64,000 nucleotides of DNA from Candidatus Micrarchaeota archaeon (GCA_020854825.1 JAHKLY010000002.1:31487-95486); one strand, 5' to 3'. Positions 49,107-60,391 are shown, numbered from the stretch's first letter. Notes: generated from the sequence alone by a model not told the origin. A program made the numbers and translations.

Positions 49107-50102
49107 ATTTATTATTGTTTTAAATCTAATTTTTAATCCTTCATCTATCTCTGAATATTTTTCGCCGTCATATAGTATTAATGTTTTTGCATGTCTTTTA
49201 TGTAACACTTTTGAATATAATCCAGGAGTTGTAATTAAGATATCCTCACCAAATAATGGGGGTTTTGTATTATTTGTAATTGAGGTGCAGAATATATCAG
49301 AATTATTTAAATAATGTGAGATATATTCAATCTGTTTTTTATCAGAAACTAATATTATTGTTTTTCCAGAATTTTCTAAAGTTTTTAATAAGTAATTTAA
49401 TTTTGGATCTTCTTTTTCATTATTTAAAATCTTTAAAATTGAGATGATAATCTGTTTTTTAAATAAGATATTTGTTTTTGAACAAATAGATAGTTCTTTA
49501 GTTAAAAGGTCTTTTACACTATATCCCTCAAAGTATTTTTCATTTAAGGTTTCAAAAAATGTTTTTATTCTTTTATTTTTTTCCATATTTTTTAAATCTT
49601 CTATATATTCAGTTAATTTCATTCCGTTATTTAAATTTAAATTTAAATTGGTATAACTGTTTTTTAATTCATCTAAAAAGCTACAAATTTTTTCATCAAC
49701 ATAATCCAAAAATCTTTGGATTCCATAAAAAGTTAGAAATTGTTCCATGTTCTTTATTTCTAAAATATGTTTTATTGCTCCAAAAAATTTCCTTTTTTGT
49801 GGGCCACTTACTTTTTTTTCTATGTAGTTACTTATTGTATTTAATTCATTATATGATAAATCTTTTTTATTTGTTAAGTCTTTAAATACTAGATATAATA
49901 TAGAATTAGACAACCCTTCAATTTGTTTTATTTTAAATTCTTGTAAAACGGTTAAAATATCTGTTAGTTTGGAATTTTTTAATTTTATTTTTTTAATTAA
50001 TGTTTCATCTATTTCTGGATTAATTCCTTTAATTGATCTATGTATTTCTGTATTAGTAGGAGTAAAAAGATCTCCAACCCAGTCTCCGTTATTAAATTCC
50101 AT
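49086..50102 (-). CDS. hypothetical protein
   Basis: ORF only. N/K-rich. Confidence 0.3.
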   Translation of the reverse strand: MEFNNGDWVGDLFTPTNTEIHRSIKGINPEIDETLIKKIKLKNSKLTDILTVLQEFKIKQIEGLSNSILYLVFKDLTNKKDLSYNELNTISNYIEKKVSGPQKRKFFGAIKHILEIKNMEQFLTFYGIQRFLDYVDEKICSFLDELKNSYTNLNLNLNNGMKLTEYIEDLKNMEKNKRIKTFFETLNEKYFEGYSVKDLLTKELSICSKTNILFKKQIIISILKILNNEKEDPKLNYLLKTLENSGKTIILVSDKKQIEYISHYLNNSDIFCTSITNNTKPPLFGEDILITTPGLYSKVLHKRHAKTLILYDGEKYSEIDEGLKIRFKTIINLQFDIF

Positions 50103-50174
50103 TATGAATTAATGCATTTCTTGCTTTTTAAATCTTTTGTACCTATTTAAATACTTTCTTGTTATAATAAATAA

Positions 50175-50936
50175 ATGGCAATTAGAAAATCTAAGACAAA
50201 AGCACCTGCGCGTGAGAAAAAGCAATATAAACAAAAAAGAATGATTGAATCGCAGGTATTTGATATTCCTACTCTTAAAGAGCTTTCTCGTTTAATTGGA
50301 AAAAGAATATTTGATACTTTAGATCACCCAATAGCTATTGGAAAAGAAGCGAAAGTATTCAGAGCAACAAAAGAATCAGTTAATGGAAAAAAAACATACT
50401 TAGCAGTTAAAATATATAGAATTGAAACTTCTTCATTTGATAAAATGATGGATTATTTAAAAGGAGATGCAAGGTTTAACAAAGTTAAAAATAAAAAATT
50501 AGATATTATCAAAACTTGGACAAGAAAAGAATACACAAATTTAAGACTTGCTTATGGTGCAAAAATACATGTTCCTAAACCAATTGGGTATGCAAGAAAT
50601 GTTTTAATAATGCATTTTCTTGGGGAAAAAGGCAAACCATATCCAACCTTACATGATTATGGGCCAATAAATCCAAAAGAAGATTTTAATCAACTATTGG
50701 TAGATATCAGAAAGTTATATACGCTTGGATTAGTTCACGGTGATCTAAGTCCATTTAATATTTTACAAACTCCAAAAGGACTTTATATGATTGATATGGG
50801 GCAAGCAGTAATATTAAAACATCCAAAGGCCCAAGAGTTTTTAGAGCGGGATGTTAGAAATATATTAAAATATTTTAAAAAATATGGTATTAAAAAATCA
50901 GAAGAAGAAATGATTAAGTACATAAAACAGAAGTAA
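50175..50936 (+). CDS. rio1: RIO-type serine/threonine kinase (Rio1-like)
   Basis: IAIGKEAKVFRA...LAVKIYRI and LVHGDLSPFNIL RIO motifs. Conserved position after eif1a. Confidence 0.8.
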   Translation: MAIRKSKTKAPAREKKQYKQKRMIESQVFDIPTLKELSRLIGKRIFDTLDHPIAIGKEAKVFRATKESVNGKKTYLAVKIYRIETSSFDKMMDYLKGDARFNKVKNKKLDIIKTWTRKEYTNLRLAYGAKIHVPKPIGYARNVLIMHFLGEKGKPYPTLHDYGPINPKEDFNQLLVDIRKLYTLGLVHGDLSPFNILQTPKGLYMIDMGQAVILKHPKAQEFLERDVRNILKYFKKYGIKKSEEEMIKYIKQK

Positions 50937-50944
50937 TCCTTTCT

Positions 50945-51691
50945 TTAATCTTCTTCTTTTCTTGGTGCTAAATAGTATGTTAGATCTGCGTCTTCAATAT
51001 TATATTTTACTTTAATAGGCATATCTGATTTTAAAAATAAATTTATAATATTGGCATCTGGGCATGCTTTTATTATATTTTCTAAATATTGAAGTGAAAA
51101 GCTGGCCCTTGCTTTTTTATCTGCTTTTACTTCTCTTATAATATTTCCATCTTTTTGATTTTCAATCCTTAATTTTCCAGAGTCTCCTTTAACATCAAAT
51201 GTTAGAGTTTCTCCATTTACTTCTAATGCTAGATATGAACTAACTAATCCTGCGTCTTTTAAAGATTCTTTAATACTTCCAGATAACATTTTAATTTCAG
51301 CATCTGCATCAATATTTAATTCTTTTTGAACCATATCTTTTGTTTCTAATAAGGGTATTTTGAAAGTTCTTTTACTTTTTTCTGAAGAGAATTCTATTAT
51401 TAATGTATTTTCATCTAAATTTAATGTTAAATTTTCTTTTGGTCTTGCTCTCGCAAGTATTTTATCTAGATTTACAAAATTAAGTCCAAGCGTTGTAGGT
51501 GAATCAACAGTATATTCCACAAAAGCTTCTTTTGGAACATTTAAGGTTATCATTGCAATCTGTGATGGATCTATAGCTCTTAAAAATAATCCATCTTTTT
51601 TAATTTCTAAGGGTCCTTCATCTATTAAATTAACGACAGCATCAATTATATTCTTTAACGATTTTGCGTTTTGCATTACAATTTTAAACAT
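50945..51691 (-). CDS. pcn: DNA polymerase sliding clamp PCNA
   Basis: MFKIVMQNAKSLKNIIDAVVNLIDEGPLEIKKDGLFLRAIDPS matches the PCNA N-terminal pattern. About 249 aa. Confidence 0.8.
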   Translation of the reverse strand: MFKIVMQNAKSLKNIIDAVVNLIDEGPLEIKKDGLFLRAIDPSQIAMITLNVPKEAFVEYTVDSPTTLGLNFVNLDKILARARPKENLTLNLDENTLIIEFSSEKSKRTFKIPLLETKDMVQKELNIDADAEIKMLSGSIKESLKDAGLVSSYLALEVNGETLTFDVKGDSGKLRIENQKDGNIIREVKADKKARASFSLQYLENIIKACPDANIINLFLKSDMPIKVKYNIEDADLTYYLAPRKEED

Positions 51692-51753
51692 TAATAGCAC
51701 CTCCTATTGAATATATTTACTTATGAAATGTTTATAATCATTTGTTTTATACT

Positions 51754-52710
51754 TCAATATTCAACAATAAAGCTTTCACATCCTTGTGGTTCTACCCACA
51801 TCCCAAATAAAAATAGTTTTGCATACCCAACATATGGAATTCTTAATATCACAATTCCCTTTGATTGTTGTTTTGATACAAGTGAATTACCCCTTTGATA
51901 TGTGGAAGAATGCATTTGTAAGTCAAAAATAGCATTATTATCTCCTTTTATTAAATAGTATTCACCTTGCGGTGAATTTATTTTTAAATAGACTCTATGG
52001 ATTATATCTCCAGTTAAAGCAAATAAATCCTCTTTTTTTGGTTCATAAACCATTATATCATTAGTTTTATTTAATTCATATATTTTTTCTTTGAATTCTA
52101 TATTTTTTACACAAATAGTATTAATATTAGATTTGTCTTGATACTCTCTTTTACAAGTTCCATAATTAAATTTTAATGGCCCATGCATTTCGTAATATTT
52201 TTCAGGATATATTTTAAAGTCTGTACAAAAATCAGTATTTTTATCTAAACAATATACAAATATTGATCCATTTAGGCCATATGTATTTCCTTCAATTTCT
52301 ATGATTGCTGTATTATTTATGTCATTTATATTTTCAACATATATGCTGGGAGCATTAATTTCTTGTTCTCCTTTTAATATGATCAGATCTCCTCTTTCAT
52401 AGTCAGGTAACATACTACAAGATACTATTGCATTTATAGGAATAGAAGTACCTAATAAAAATACAAGTCCAAACCATATACTTAAAGCTAATACAATGGC
52501 TATGACAATTTCTTTTATTTCATTTTTCATTCCTTTTTTAATTGTTCCTTTAACAATATCCATACCTACTATTAACAGAATGGATGATCCTCCTAAAACC
52601 GCAAAAATAACATGTCTAGTAAGTAGATATAATAAAAAAGAAATAATAAGCAGGATATAATGTAAATAATATTTTTCAATAACATCTATTTTTTTTAATA
52701 TTTTTTTCAT
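51754..52710 (-). CDS. signal peptidase I (S26/Sec11-like) with extended C-terminal domain
   Basis: SCSMLPDYERGDLIIL resembles the catalytic-Ser box SGSMEP...GDL. N-terminal TM helices. Confidence 0.5.
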   Translation of the reverse strand: MKKILKKIDVIEKYYLHYILLIISFLLYLLTRHVIFAVLGGSSILLIVGMDIVKGTIKKGMKNEIKEIVIAIVLALSIWFGLVFLLGTSIPINAIVSCSMLPDYERGDLIILKGEQEINAPSIYVENINDINNTAIIEIEGNTYGLNGSIFVYCLDKNTDFCTDFKIYPEKYYEMHGPLKFNYGTCKREYQDKSNINTICVKNIEFKEKIYELNKTNDIMVYEPKKEDLFALTGDIIHRVYLKINSPQGEYYLIKGDNNAIFDLQMHSSTYQRGNSLVSKQQSKGIVILRIPYVGYAKLFLFGMWVEPQGCESFIVEY

Positions 52711-52719
52711 TAATTATCC

Positions 52720-52986
52720 CTATTTTTTAAGTTGTGATTCTATTTTATCAAGGTCTTTTTGAAATTCTTCAACAGCATTTTTAATTAAACCTAATGCATC
52801 TTTTTTAGTAGTTCGTACATACAATATGTGATTATCCTTTAAAAAATGTCCTCTTTTAACTGCAGTAAATTCTACATCTTTATCTTTTAGAAGTTTTTCT
52901 TTAATAGAATTTAATAAACCAATATCTAAATCTTCAACTTCAATTTCTATATAATTTTTTTCTTTTTTAAGAAATTTAAATTTCAT
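52720..52986 (-). CDS. rpoL: RNA polymerase subunit L (Rpb11-like)
   Basis: 88 aa. NYIEIEVEDLDIGLLNSIKEKLLKDKDVEF pattern. Sits at the conserved csl4-rpoL locus. Confidence 0.6.
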   Translation of the reverse strand: MKFKFLKKEKNYIEIEVEDLDIGLLNSIKEKLLKDKDVEFTAVKRGHFLKDNHILYVRTTKKDALGLIKNAVEEFQKDLDKIESQLKK

Positions 52987-53004
52987 TTTTATCCCCCCTT
53001 ATTT

Positions 53005-53574
53005 TTATTTTAAAGCCAGGTTTCTATAATCATTACTAATCACTCTATTATCTTTAAATCCACATTGTTCACAAACAAGTGTGTTGTCTTCTTTTTTTAG
53101 TATATTTCTACATTTTGAACAAAATGCTTTTACCACTCCTAAATTAGGTTTATCTGTTGCTATTTCTATTTGTCCTTTTCTGATATCCACATTGATTACT
53201 ATTGCTTTAATTATATCTCCTATTTTTACTTCATTTTTTAAACTATCTACAAAACCTTGTTTTACATTTGAAACATGTAAACTGGCATAGTCATTCGTTT
53301 TTGGGTATCTCCCAATTTTTTGATCTATGGGTATAATTGAAGCTAAAGCCATTTGATCACTAACTTTTTCTATTCTTCCAAAAACCAATACTCCCCTATG
53401 GAGATTTCTATACCTATAAGGTCGGTCTACAGTCATTTTTCTATCCTCTATTTTTTTCTCTCCTAGTAATAGAGAACATATTTTTTCATTTTCTAGATAA
53501 GTTCCAGTTCCTTTAAGGAATTCTTCTTCTGTGCCTAATTCTTCTCCAGGTTTGGTTAAATCCATATTTATCAC
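53005..53574 (-). CDS. csl4: exosome subunit Csl4 (S1 + C-terminal zinc ribbon)
   Basis: S1-like middle domain. C-terminal CSKCRN...CEQCG ribbon. 189 aa. Confidence 0.65.
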   Translation of the reverse strand: MINMDLTKPGEELGTEEEFLKGTGTYLENEKICSLLLGEKKIEDRKMTVDRPYRYRNLHRGVLVFGRIEKVSDQMALASIIPIDQKIGRYPKTNDYASLHVSNVKQGFVDSLKNEVKIGDIIKAIVINVDIRKGQIEIATDKPNLGVVKAFCSKCRNILKKEDNTLVCEQCGFKDNRVISNDYRNLALK

Positions 53575-53647
53575 TAAAAATAGCTTTTATTTGTATATTA
53601 TTGTTAAATACCAATATTTAAATATGTTGCCTATGCTTTTATAATAC

Positions 53648-54871
53648 ATGAAAGGAATTCTTATACTATCTGTAGATAGGGATAATGATTTATTTGAGAA
53701 AGCTAAGATATCCGGTCCAATTATAGGCAGGGAAGCAAACTTAAATGCAGCGAATAAATTAGCGTTAGCAGATCCTCAGGATACAGATGCAAATGCTATT
53801 TTTCAAGCAGTTAAAAAGTATGATGAATTAGGAAAAGATTATGAAGTTCAAATAGTTACTTTAACTGGGAATAAGAAACTAGGGTATGAAGCAGATAAAA
53901 CAATTGCTAATCAATTAGATAAAATATTGCAAGGGTCTTCTTTTACTTCTTGTGTTTTAGTTACAGATGGTCAACATGATGAAGAGATTATTCCAATTCT
54001 TAAATCTAGAATTAAAATAGATTCAGCTCAAATTGTAGTTATGAAACAAGCAAAAGAATTAGAGAAAACATATGTAGTTTTATTAGAAAAATTAAAGGAT
54101 CCATATTACGCAAGAATTATTTTAGGAATTCCTGCGTTATTACTTATAATGTTTGCTTTAAGTAGTTATATGAATTGGGGATGGGAACCAGTAGCAATTG
54201 TTATTGCATTATTTCTTTTAATGAGATTATTTGGGATTGATGAATATATAGTTTCAACTTCAAGACATTTTAATTTTTCAGTAGAGAATAGTAGTTTTGT
54301 GATATATTTATCTGCATTTGCAATAATACTTGTTTCATTTTGGACAACCTATCAAACATATTCAATAAATTTTATGGAGTTTGATGCAGTTAAAATTCTA
54401 GGTATGAGTTTACAATCTTTAATGAGATTATTACCTTGGGGATTATTATTATTAGTTATAGGAAAAGTATTTGATGCATATAAAGAAGGAAAAAAGATAA
54501 AAATAACAAAATACGGGGCATATATGACTTCAATTATGTTATTTTGGTTAATATTTTCAGTAGGTGCAGATTGGGTTGTTAATATTTCTCCACCTTATGT
54601 TTCATTTGGAGATTTTATTTTAGTAATTTTGATAAGTTTAATTTTGGGGTATATATGTATTTATGTAATACATAAGATAAAAGTAGATATTGTATCAAGA
54701 CTTAAACTTGAAGATAAAGAAGTTATAAATGAATATGGATCTTTTATAGGAACTGTAGTTGGGGTAGATAAGAAGAAATCTATATTAATAGTTCAATCTC
54801 CTTTTGGACAAAAGAAAAAACTTAATTTTGATTTGATATCTGAAGTTAATGAAAGAATAATAGTCAAATGA
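53648..54871 (+). CDS. archaeal membrane protein (DUF373-like: soluble N-domain + multi-TM C-domain)
   Basis: ILILSVDRDNDL N-terminus then about 7 TM helices. The family assignment is from memory. Confidence 0.4.
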   Translation: MKGILILSVDRDNDLFEKAKISGPIIGREANLNAANKLALADPQDTDANAIFQAVKKYDELGKDYEVQIVTLTGNKKLGYEADKTIANQLDKILQGSSFTSCVLVTDGQHDEEIIPILKSRIKIDSAQIVVMKQAKELEKTYVVLLEKLKDPYYARIILGIPALLLIMFALSSYMNWGWEPVAIVIALFLLMRLFGIDEYIVSTSRHFNFSVENSSFVIYLSAFAIILVSFWTTYQTYSINFMEFDAVKILGMSLQSLMRLLPWGLLLLVIGKVFDAYKEGKKIKITKYGAYMTSIMLFWLIFSVGADWVVNISPPYVSFGDFILVILISLILGYICIYVIHKIKVDIVSRLKLEDKEVINEYGSFIGTVVGVDKKKSILIVQSPFGQKKKLNFDLISEVNERIIVK

Positions 54872-54877
54872 TTTATT

Positions 54878-55858
54878 TTAAATTAATTTTATTAATCCCC
54901 TGCCTATTTCTGCTAAATCCGCACCTAACATCATAGCAAATGAACGTATAAAGGTATAAGTAATAATTAATGCTATTACTGGTGAAATAAATATTCTCAA
55001 TAATATTGCAAAAAAACTACTTTCAAAAAACATTCCAAGTATTGTTTGATAATCAATACTCATTGCCATGTTCTTAATTAAACTTGCAGTTGCTATATTA
55101 TTACCAATACATAATTCTTCTAACATTTTATTATACTCATCTAGATTTTCAATTTCAAATGCTTCTAAGGATTCTGATGTACTACCTGATACAAAAAGAG
55201 TCATTAAAAAAGCAGAGGGAAGCACAATTGCAAAACCTAATCCCATAGCAATAAACATTGCTCCTACACCCCTAGTTGGAGGAAATGCTCTTAATATAAT
55301 ACCCATGGGTAATATTATTACTGCTAGATAATCTCCAAATTTCATTACCTCAACAAAAAAATACATCCACATTACAAATATCCCTAATACGTTTATTATC
55401 CAAGTGAATGTTCCGATAATTGTATTTGGGAGTGAGGCTGCACCAGGAATAAATGTTTTACTTAATAATCCTCCCATATCAGTTCCTATTATTGAAATTT
55501 CTTTACCAAATGCAAAAAAGAAACCTGCACTAAATACATTTCTATATGTTTTTTTAATTGGCCCCAATATTTTATAAACTTCAAAAACTGCGGCATTAAC
55601 AGGGTCTGAACCAAGTACTGGTGCAGTTGAAGTTGTATGTGTTAATTCATTTGAAACTTCTTGGGTTAAATAAAGCATACCTTGAATAAATCCTATAATT
55701 GCTAAAATTATAAATGCAGTTATTAAAATTTCCATATACTCACTTTTACACCATTTTTCTAATCCTTTTAAAGAAAATGCTCTCGCCATCATATAGAATA
55801 TAGTAATTCCCCCCAAGCAAAAAATTGCCAATATTAGAGTTAATATTATCCAATCCAT
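54878..55858 (-). CDS. paralog 6 of tandem polytopic membrane protein family (R-x-F-P-x-T-R motif)
   Basis: LPMGIILRAFPPTRGVGAMFIAMG motif. C-terminal MLGADLAEIGRGLIKLI. Its start overlaps the upstream gene's stop. Confidence 0.6.
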   Translation of the reverse strand: MDWIILTLILAIFCLGGITIFYMMARAFSLKGLEKWCKSEYMEILITAFIILAIIGFIQGMLYLTQEVSNELTHTTSTAPVLGSDPVNAAVFEVYKILGPIKKTYRNVFSAGFFFAFGKEISIIGTDMGGLLSKTFIPGAASLPNTIIGTFTWIINVLGIFVMWMYFFVEVMKFGDYLAVIILPMGIILRAFPPTRGVGAMFIAMGLGFAIVLPSAFLMTLFVSGSTSESLEAFEIENLDEYNKMLEELCIGNNIATASLIKNMAMSIDYQTILGMFFESSFFAILLRIFISPVIALIITYTFIRSFAMMLGADLAEIGRGLIKLI

Positions 55859-56979
55859 TATATCATCCGTGTTAGATTTGATAAATCTATTTGTTCACCA
55901 AAGAACCTTGAAAATTCTCTCATTGATGTTGCCAATATAGCAAAATTTAATAGGGGTAAAAATAAACTACCCAAAATATTAATTGCCAACATTTTCCAAG
56001 TTGCCATAGATAATGCACTAAACATTATTTTCATAGGTTCAATTATACCAATCTTAAAAGTTATTGGTGCACTTGTATGTATATTTCCATCAAACATATC
56101 TGCAGGACTATTAATATGTAGATTAATAAATTGATTTGCTTGCATTTGTTCTGCAACAAATTCAATAATTCCTTCCCACATTCCAAATACTCCAATACCT
56201 TGTAATGCGACACTATTAATAACTAAGAGCATAGGCCAAAATAAACCCAATGCAATTGTTAATCCAATAAGTGTTCCCCCAAACCTTCTTGTAGGTTCAA
56301 AGCATCTTAGTAATATGCCAATAGGCAGGTATATAGTAAACATTCCAGCATATACATAATTAAATAACATAAGTTGGGTTATAGATGTTACAAGCATTGT
56401 TATTATTCCTATTTGTGCTATTTCAAATACTCTATTTAAACTATTTAATCCCTTTCCAGGAGTAATGCCAATACCCAAACCTATAATATCCACTGAAAAT
56501 TTAAAATTTCCAATAGTTTCTCTTTGAATATTAAAGAAAAGTATGCTTGTTAAAGAAATAGTATTCATTCTCATAAGTGTGGTTAAATAATCTTTTGCTT
56601 CTACGACCATTGAGTCATCGCCAGCACCTAGAACATTACCAAAAATCATTTTAGGAGTTAAACCTCCAGAACATAAAATAAATTCTGAAAATCCAACAAT
56701 AACGAGCAATATTAATACAGTTGCACCAACTTGTAGCATTTCATATTTTGCCCATGTTTCACCTTTTTGTATTTGCATCCCCCTACATATAAGAAATATA
56801 ATTAATAGAATTAAAAGAGAAATCATTATTGCTATATAGCAAGTGACAGCCCATGAAGACATAAATGCATTCAAATCTCCCCCACAAACATCATCTGGAA
56901 ATATATCAAATAATGCAGAATGCGACAGATTAAATAGTAGAATTATGCATAGGATAAATAAGGGAATTTTTTTGATCAT
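55858..56979 (-). CDS. paralog 5 of tandem membrane protein family
   Basis: LPIGILLRCFEPTRRFGGTLIGLT. C-terminal FFGEQIDLSNLTRMI. Signal-peptide-like N-terminus. Confidence 0.6.
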   Translation of the reverse strand: MIKKIPLFILCIILLFNLSHSALFDIFPDDVCGGDLNAFMSSWAVTCYIAIMISLLILLIIFLICRGMQIQKGETWAKYEMLQVGATVLILLVIVGFSEFILCSGGLTPKMIFGNVLGAGDDSMVVEAKDYLTTLMRMNTISLTSILFFNIQRETIGNFKFSVDIIGLGIGITPGKGLNSLNRVFEIAQIGIITMLVTSITQLMLFNYVYAGMFTIYLPIGILLRCFEPTRRFGGTLIGLTIALGLFWPMLLVINSVALQGIGVFGMWEGIIEFVAEQMQANQFINLHINSPADMFDGNIHTSAPITFKIGIIEPMKIMFSALSMATWKMLAINILGSLFLPLLNFAILATSMREFSRFFGEQIDLSNLTRMI

Positions 56980-58181
56980 ATTAATTTCACCAATTCTGCT
57001 ACATTCATATCTGAACCTAAGAATTTTCCCATTTCTTGTATAAATGTAAATGTAATGAATATATTTAATGAAGGCAATATAAAACTACCTATCATTACTA
57101 GAAAAATACCTTCTTGGAGCATAATATAAAAGGCGTCCATATATAAATCACTAATTGCTCCAGCAACCATTGGATAAAGAAGCTGCCGATTTTTAAATAT
57201 AGTGGGAGTTCCACTTGTCATAAATTCTTTAAATGATTTATATAATGGATCTATTATGGCATTTGTAATTTCTCTACCTGGCCTATTAAGAGTAGGAGGG
57301 AAAGCATAGAAATGGTCTTGTGCATAATTTATCATTTCATAAGGATATACTCCAATATATGCAGACATTATTAAATTATTGAGATTAAGCATAATTGGAT
57401 AAACAAAATATAGGCCTAGTGCAAGGGCAATTAATCCCCCCCCTACAGAACGAGTAGTTGGAAAACTTCGCAATATTAATCCCAATGGTAAAAATAAAGC
57501 AAGCATTTTATCTGAAGTAAAACATAGAATAAACATATTACCAATCCAGCTTGTTATTGCAGGTAATAAAATAACCAAAGACCAATCAGTTAGTTTAGAC
57601 ACAATGCCAAACATTGAACCAAAATCATAATTAATTCCAATCATATTAAATGGAGTGAAATTAATTTCTATTGAGAATAACCCTTCTAAAAACATATTTA
57701 TAGTTAACATATGGTATCCTAAATGCATTAGTTCTGCAGCCATTGCTTCTGAATAATAATATGCAGTTTGTAATAAAGTGCACCCCGCATTTGGATCGCT
57801 TGGGTCAGAGTATCCACATAAAGTTACATCACAATCACCTACATTTTGACAAGAAGGGTTATTTAATTTTCCAATTTGATCTAAAGGCCCTATCAATGCA
57901 AGCAATAAAACAATAAGTATGAAGGATGCACTAACTTGCCAAATTTCATTTTTTCCCCATGCACTAATATTTGGAAGGTCCACTGCTTTTCCGATTAAAA
58001 ACACACAAACAGCAATCATAAATACAAGAAAAACTCCAGTAATAGATAGTACTAACCAGTTTAATGATGAATCTTGTAGTCCAATTGTTGGGCATGTTTG
58101 AGTCGGTTGTACTAAACTAAATCCTGTGATATTATTAATACAAAGGAAAAACATAATTACTAAAATTAATTTATTATTCAT
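56976..58181 (-). CDS. paralog 4 of tandem membrane protein family
   Basis: LPLGLILRSFPTTRSVGGGLIALA. C-terminal FLGSDMNVAELVKLI. Confidence 0.6.
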   Translation of the reverse strand: MNNKLILVIMFFLCINNITGFSLVQPTQTCPTIGLQDSSLNWLVLSITGVFLVFMIAVCVFLIGKAVDLPNISAWGKNEIWQVSASFILIVLLLALIGPLDQIGKLNNPSCQNVGDCDVTLCGYSDPSDPNAGCTLLQTAYYYSEAMAAELMHLGYHMLTINMFLEGLFSIEINFTPFNMIGINYDFGSMFGIVSKLTDWSLVILLPAITSWIGNMFILCFTSDKMLALFLPLGLILRSFPTTRSVGGGLIALALGLYFVYPIMLNLNNLIMSAYIGVYPYEMINYAQDHFYAFPPTLNRPGREITNAIIDPLYKSFKEFMTSGTPTIFKNRQLLYPMVAGAISDLYMDAFYIMLQEGIFLVMIGSFILPSLNIFITFTFIQEMGKFLGSDMNVAELVKLI

Positions 58182-58189
58182 TTTTTCAC

Positions 58190-59437
58190 CTATAAGAAAT
58201 GTGATAATCCTGCAATTGATGCATCTCCTCCAAAAAATGGAGCCATTGTTTTTATTGAAGCTAAAATAGCGAATAATACAAGTAAAGGTATAATAACAGT
58301 TAGCATAGCAATTTTACCAATCATATGTAAGATACCGTCTATTTCAAGAGCCATATTCTGTCCTTTAAGATGCATAAGAAGATATGCATCAGAAATCGAA
58401 AAAACTCTATTATAATATTCAGTAAATCCTTTACCTATATTTTTAAGCGATTCAAGAGGATGAAGAAAATCAAAATGTGCATTTTCAAAATCAAATTGAG
58501 GTAACAAACTTGCACTTCCTTCAGTCATAAAATCAGCATAAGGCAGTAGTTTTTGTCCAGTCAAAGAGGTCTGTAATCCTATAAAGTTTCCTGATTCAAA
58601 CATTGCCCTATGGCCAATAATATATGGTAATGGAGCAATATAATACAGGCTAAGAGATGTAGCTATTAAAAACCCCCCCAATTTTCTAGTAAATTCAAAA
58701 CTTCTAAATACAAATCCACTAATTAATAAAACTGGAAATAAAACTTGTGCTACTATATCTACTGCATTTTTTTGAATTATATTAATAATTAAAGAATGTG
58801 ATAAAAGTTTGAATGCTTTAGCATACATTCCAAATTCTACTGAATATCCTACTCCCGGCATAATTTTTAGTATTTCTGGAAGCAACAAGAAAGGAGGTTT
58901 AGGCGCAATTACGTATCCTTGTAATAAAAATTTAAAAGATGAAAAAAAGCTTAATTGTTGGTATAATAATAACATTTGTGTCATTGTTTCTGATATCAAC
59001 CATTCTGTTCTATCTAAAAATGATAGTGTTACACATATATGAGGAGCGTAATTTCTGCCTACTACTTCAAATCCTTTTTTTGTATATAAACACTTTCCAT
59101 CTGGATTTAATGCAACACCTGCCTCTTGCATAGTCAAAGTATTGGATAATATTAAATCAATATTTGGAGTTGTATCTATTGAAGAATATGGATCTAATTG
59201 CACAATTCCTTTGGGGATGATTTCGTTATCTATAATTGGTATTGCAACAACGACAATCAAAAAGAAAAAGAATAGATTTAGAATGACTTGCCCATATTCA
59301 GTTTTTGCCTTTGCTCTTAAAGATTCGTCTTGTAATATAAATGAAAATAAATGTATTAGAACATAAATTCCAAGCATAATTAAAGATAGTACAAATGTAA
59401 GCAAAAGCCCCTGTGTTTGTAATTCTATAGGTATCAT
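58190..59437 (-). CDS. paralog 3 of tandem membrane protein family
   Basis: FPVLLISGFVFRSFEFTRKLGGFLIATS. C-terminal FFGGDASIAGLSHFL. Confidence 0.6.
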   Translation of the reverse strand: MIPIELQTQGLLLTFVLSLIMLGIYVLIHLFSFILQDESLRAKAKTEYGQVILNLFFFFLIVVVAIPIIDNEIIPKGIVQLDPYSSIDTTPNIDLILSNTLTMQEAGVALNPDGKCLYTKKGFEVVGRNYAPHICVTLSFLDRTEWLISETMTQMLLLYQQLSFFSSFKFLLQGYVIAPKPPFLLLPEILKIMPGVGYSVEFGMYAKAFKLLSHSLIINIIQKNAVDIVAQVLFPVLLISGFVFRSFEFTRKLGGFLIATSLSLYYIAPLPYIIGHRAMFESGNFIGLQTSLTGQKLLPYADFMTEGSASLLPQFDFENAHFDFLHPLESLKNIGKGFTEYYNRVFSISDAYLLMHLKGQNMALEIDGILHMIGKIAMLTVIIPLLVLFAILASIKTMAPFFGGDASIAGLSHFL

Positions 59438-60390
59438 TAATCAAACCTCTGTATTAAGAATTTTTGAAAACTATTTATAAAAGATACTGTTATTGCCATA
59501 CTTATTGTAGGTAAAAATAATCCCTGCATTAAAACAACTGACAGCATTATAAATCCATTAAATATTTCATATAGTTTTGGCTCTATTACTTGAAATGTTT
59601 TTCCCCAAGCACCTGTAAATGCATCAAATGTTGTGCTATTTGGTATTTCATCAAATATTATTTGAGTTATTGAAATCATGAAGTTATCTTGTATATCTGA
59701 AACAATATTTTCAACTATTGCTGCGTGGATTACATATGAAAATGGAAAAACAATATAAAATCCAATTGCAACTGCGATTAAAAATGAACCTGAATTTCTT
59801 GTAGTTGGAAATATTCTTAAGAAAATTCCGATTGGCAATACAAAAGGAATCATTATTGCTTTTATAATTGATAATGCAAATTGTTGTATTGCTAAACTTG
59901 CATAAAATGGACTCATTAAAGCAAATACTTTATCTAATGCTTTTGTTAAAGTACTTAAATCAAACGGAGGAAAGGTAACGTCTGCTCTTATTGGAATTCC
60001 TATCAAGGCTACTCCAGGTATGTCATTTAATCCTATCTTTATATTTATTTTAGTTAATATATCCATTCCCACCCTCCCATAGAATACAGATTTCATAGTT
60101 CCAAATGTATCAACAAGTAGGTTTTCTAAATATTCTAAAGATATAGTAAATGGGTCATTTCCAATTAATTGAGTGCTTATTTCAAATAATCCTTGTATTC
60201 CAAATATAATAAATAACAAAATAGCAATAGATACCAATATCTGATATAATTCCATTCTTGCAAAAATTTCAAATTCTTTATTATTTAATAATTTAGAAAG
60301 CAAATAAGAAATTGCAGTTAATGCTACCATAATCATTAAAGGTACGATAGAAAGTTGCAATGCAGTTATAAATGCTTGATCAAATGCCAT
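59437..60390 (-). CDS. paralog 2 of tandem membrane protein family
   Basis: LPIGIFLRIFPTTRNSGSFLIAVA. Stop/start overlap with neighbours. Confidence 0.6.
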   Translation of the reverse strand: MAFDQAFITALQLSIVPLMIMVALTAISYLLSKLLNNKEFEIFARMELYQILVSIAILLFIIFGIQGLFEISTQLIGNDPFTISLEYLENLLVDTFGTMKSVFYGRVGMDILTKINIKIGLNDIPGVALIGIPIRADVTFPPFDLSTLTKALDKVFALMSPFYASLAIQQFALSIIKAIMIPFVLPIGIFLRIFPTTRNSGSFLIAVAIGFYIVFPFSYVIHAAIVENIVSDIQDNFMISITQIIFDEIPNSTTFDAFTGAWGKTFQVIEPKLYEIFNGFIMLSVVLMQGLFLPTISMAITVSFINSFQKFLIQRFD

Positions 60391-60391
60391 A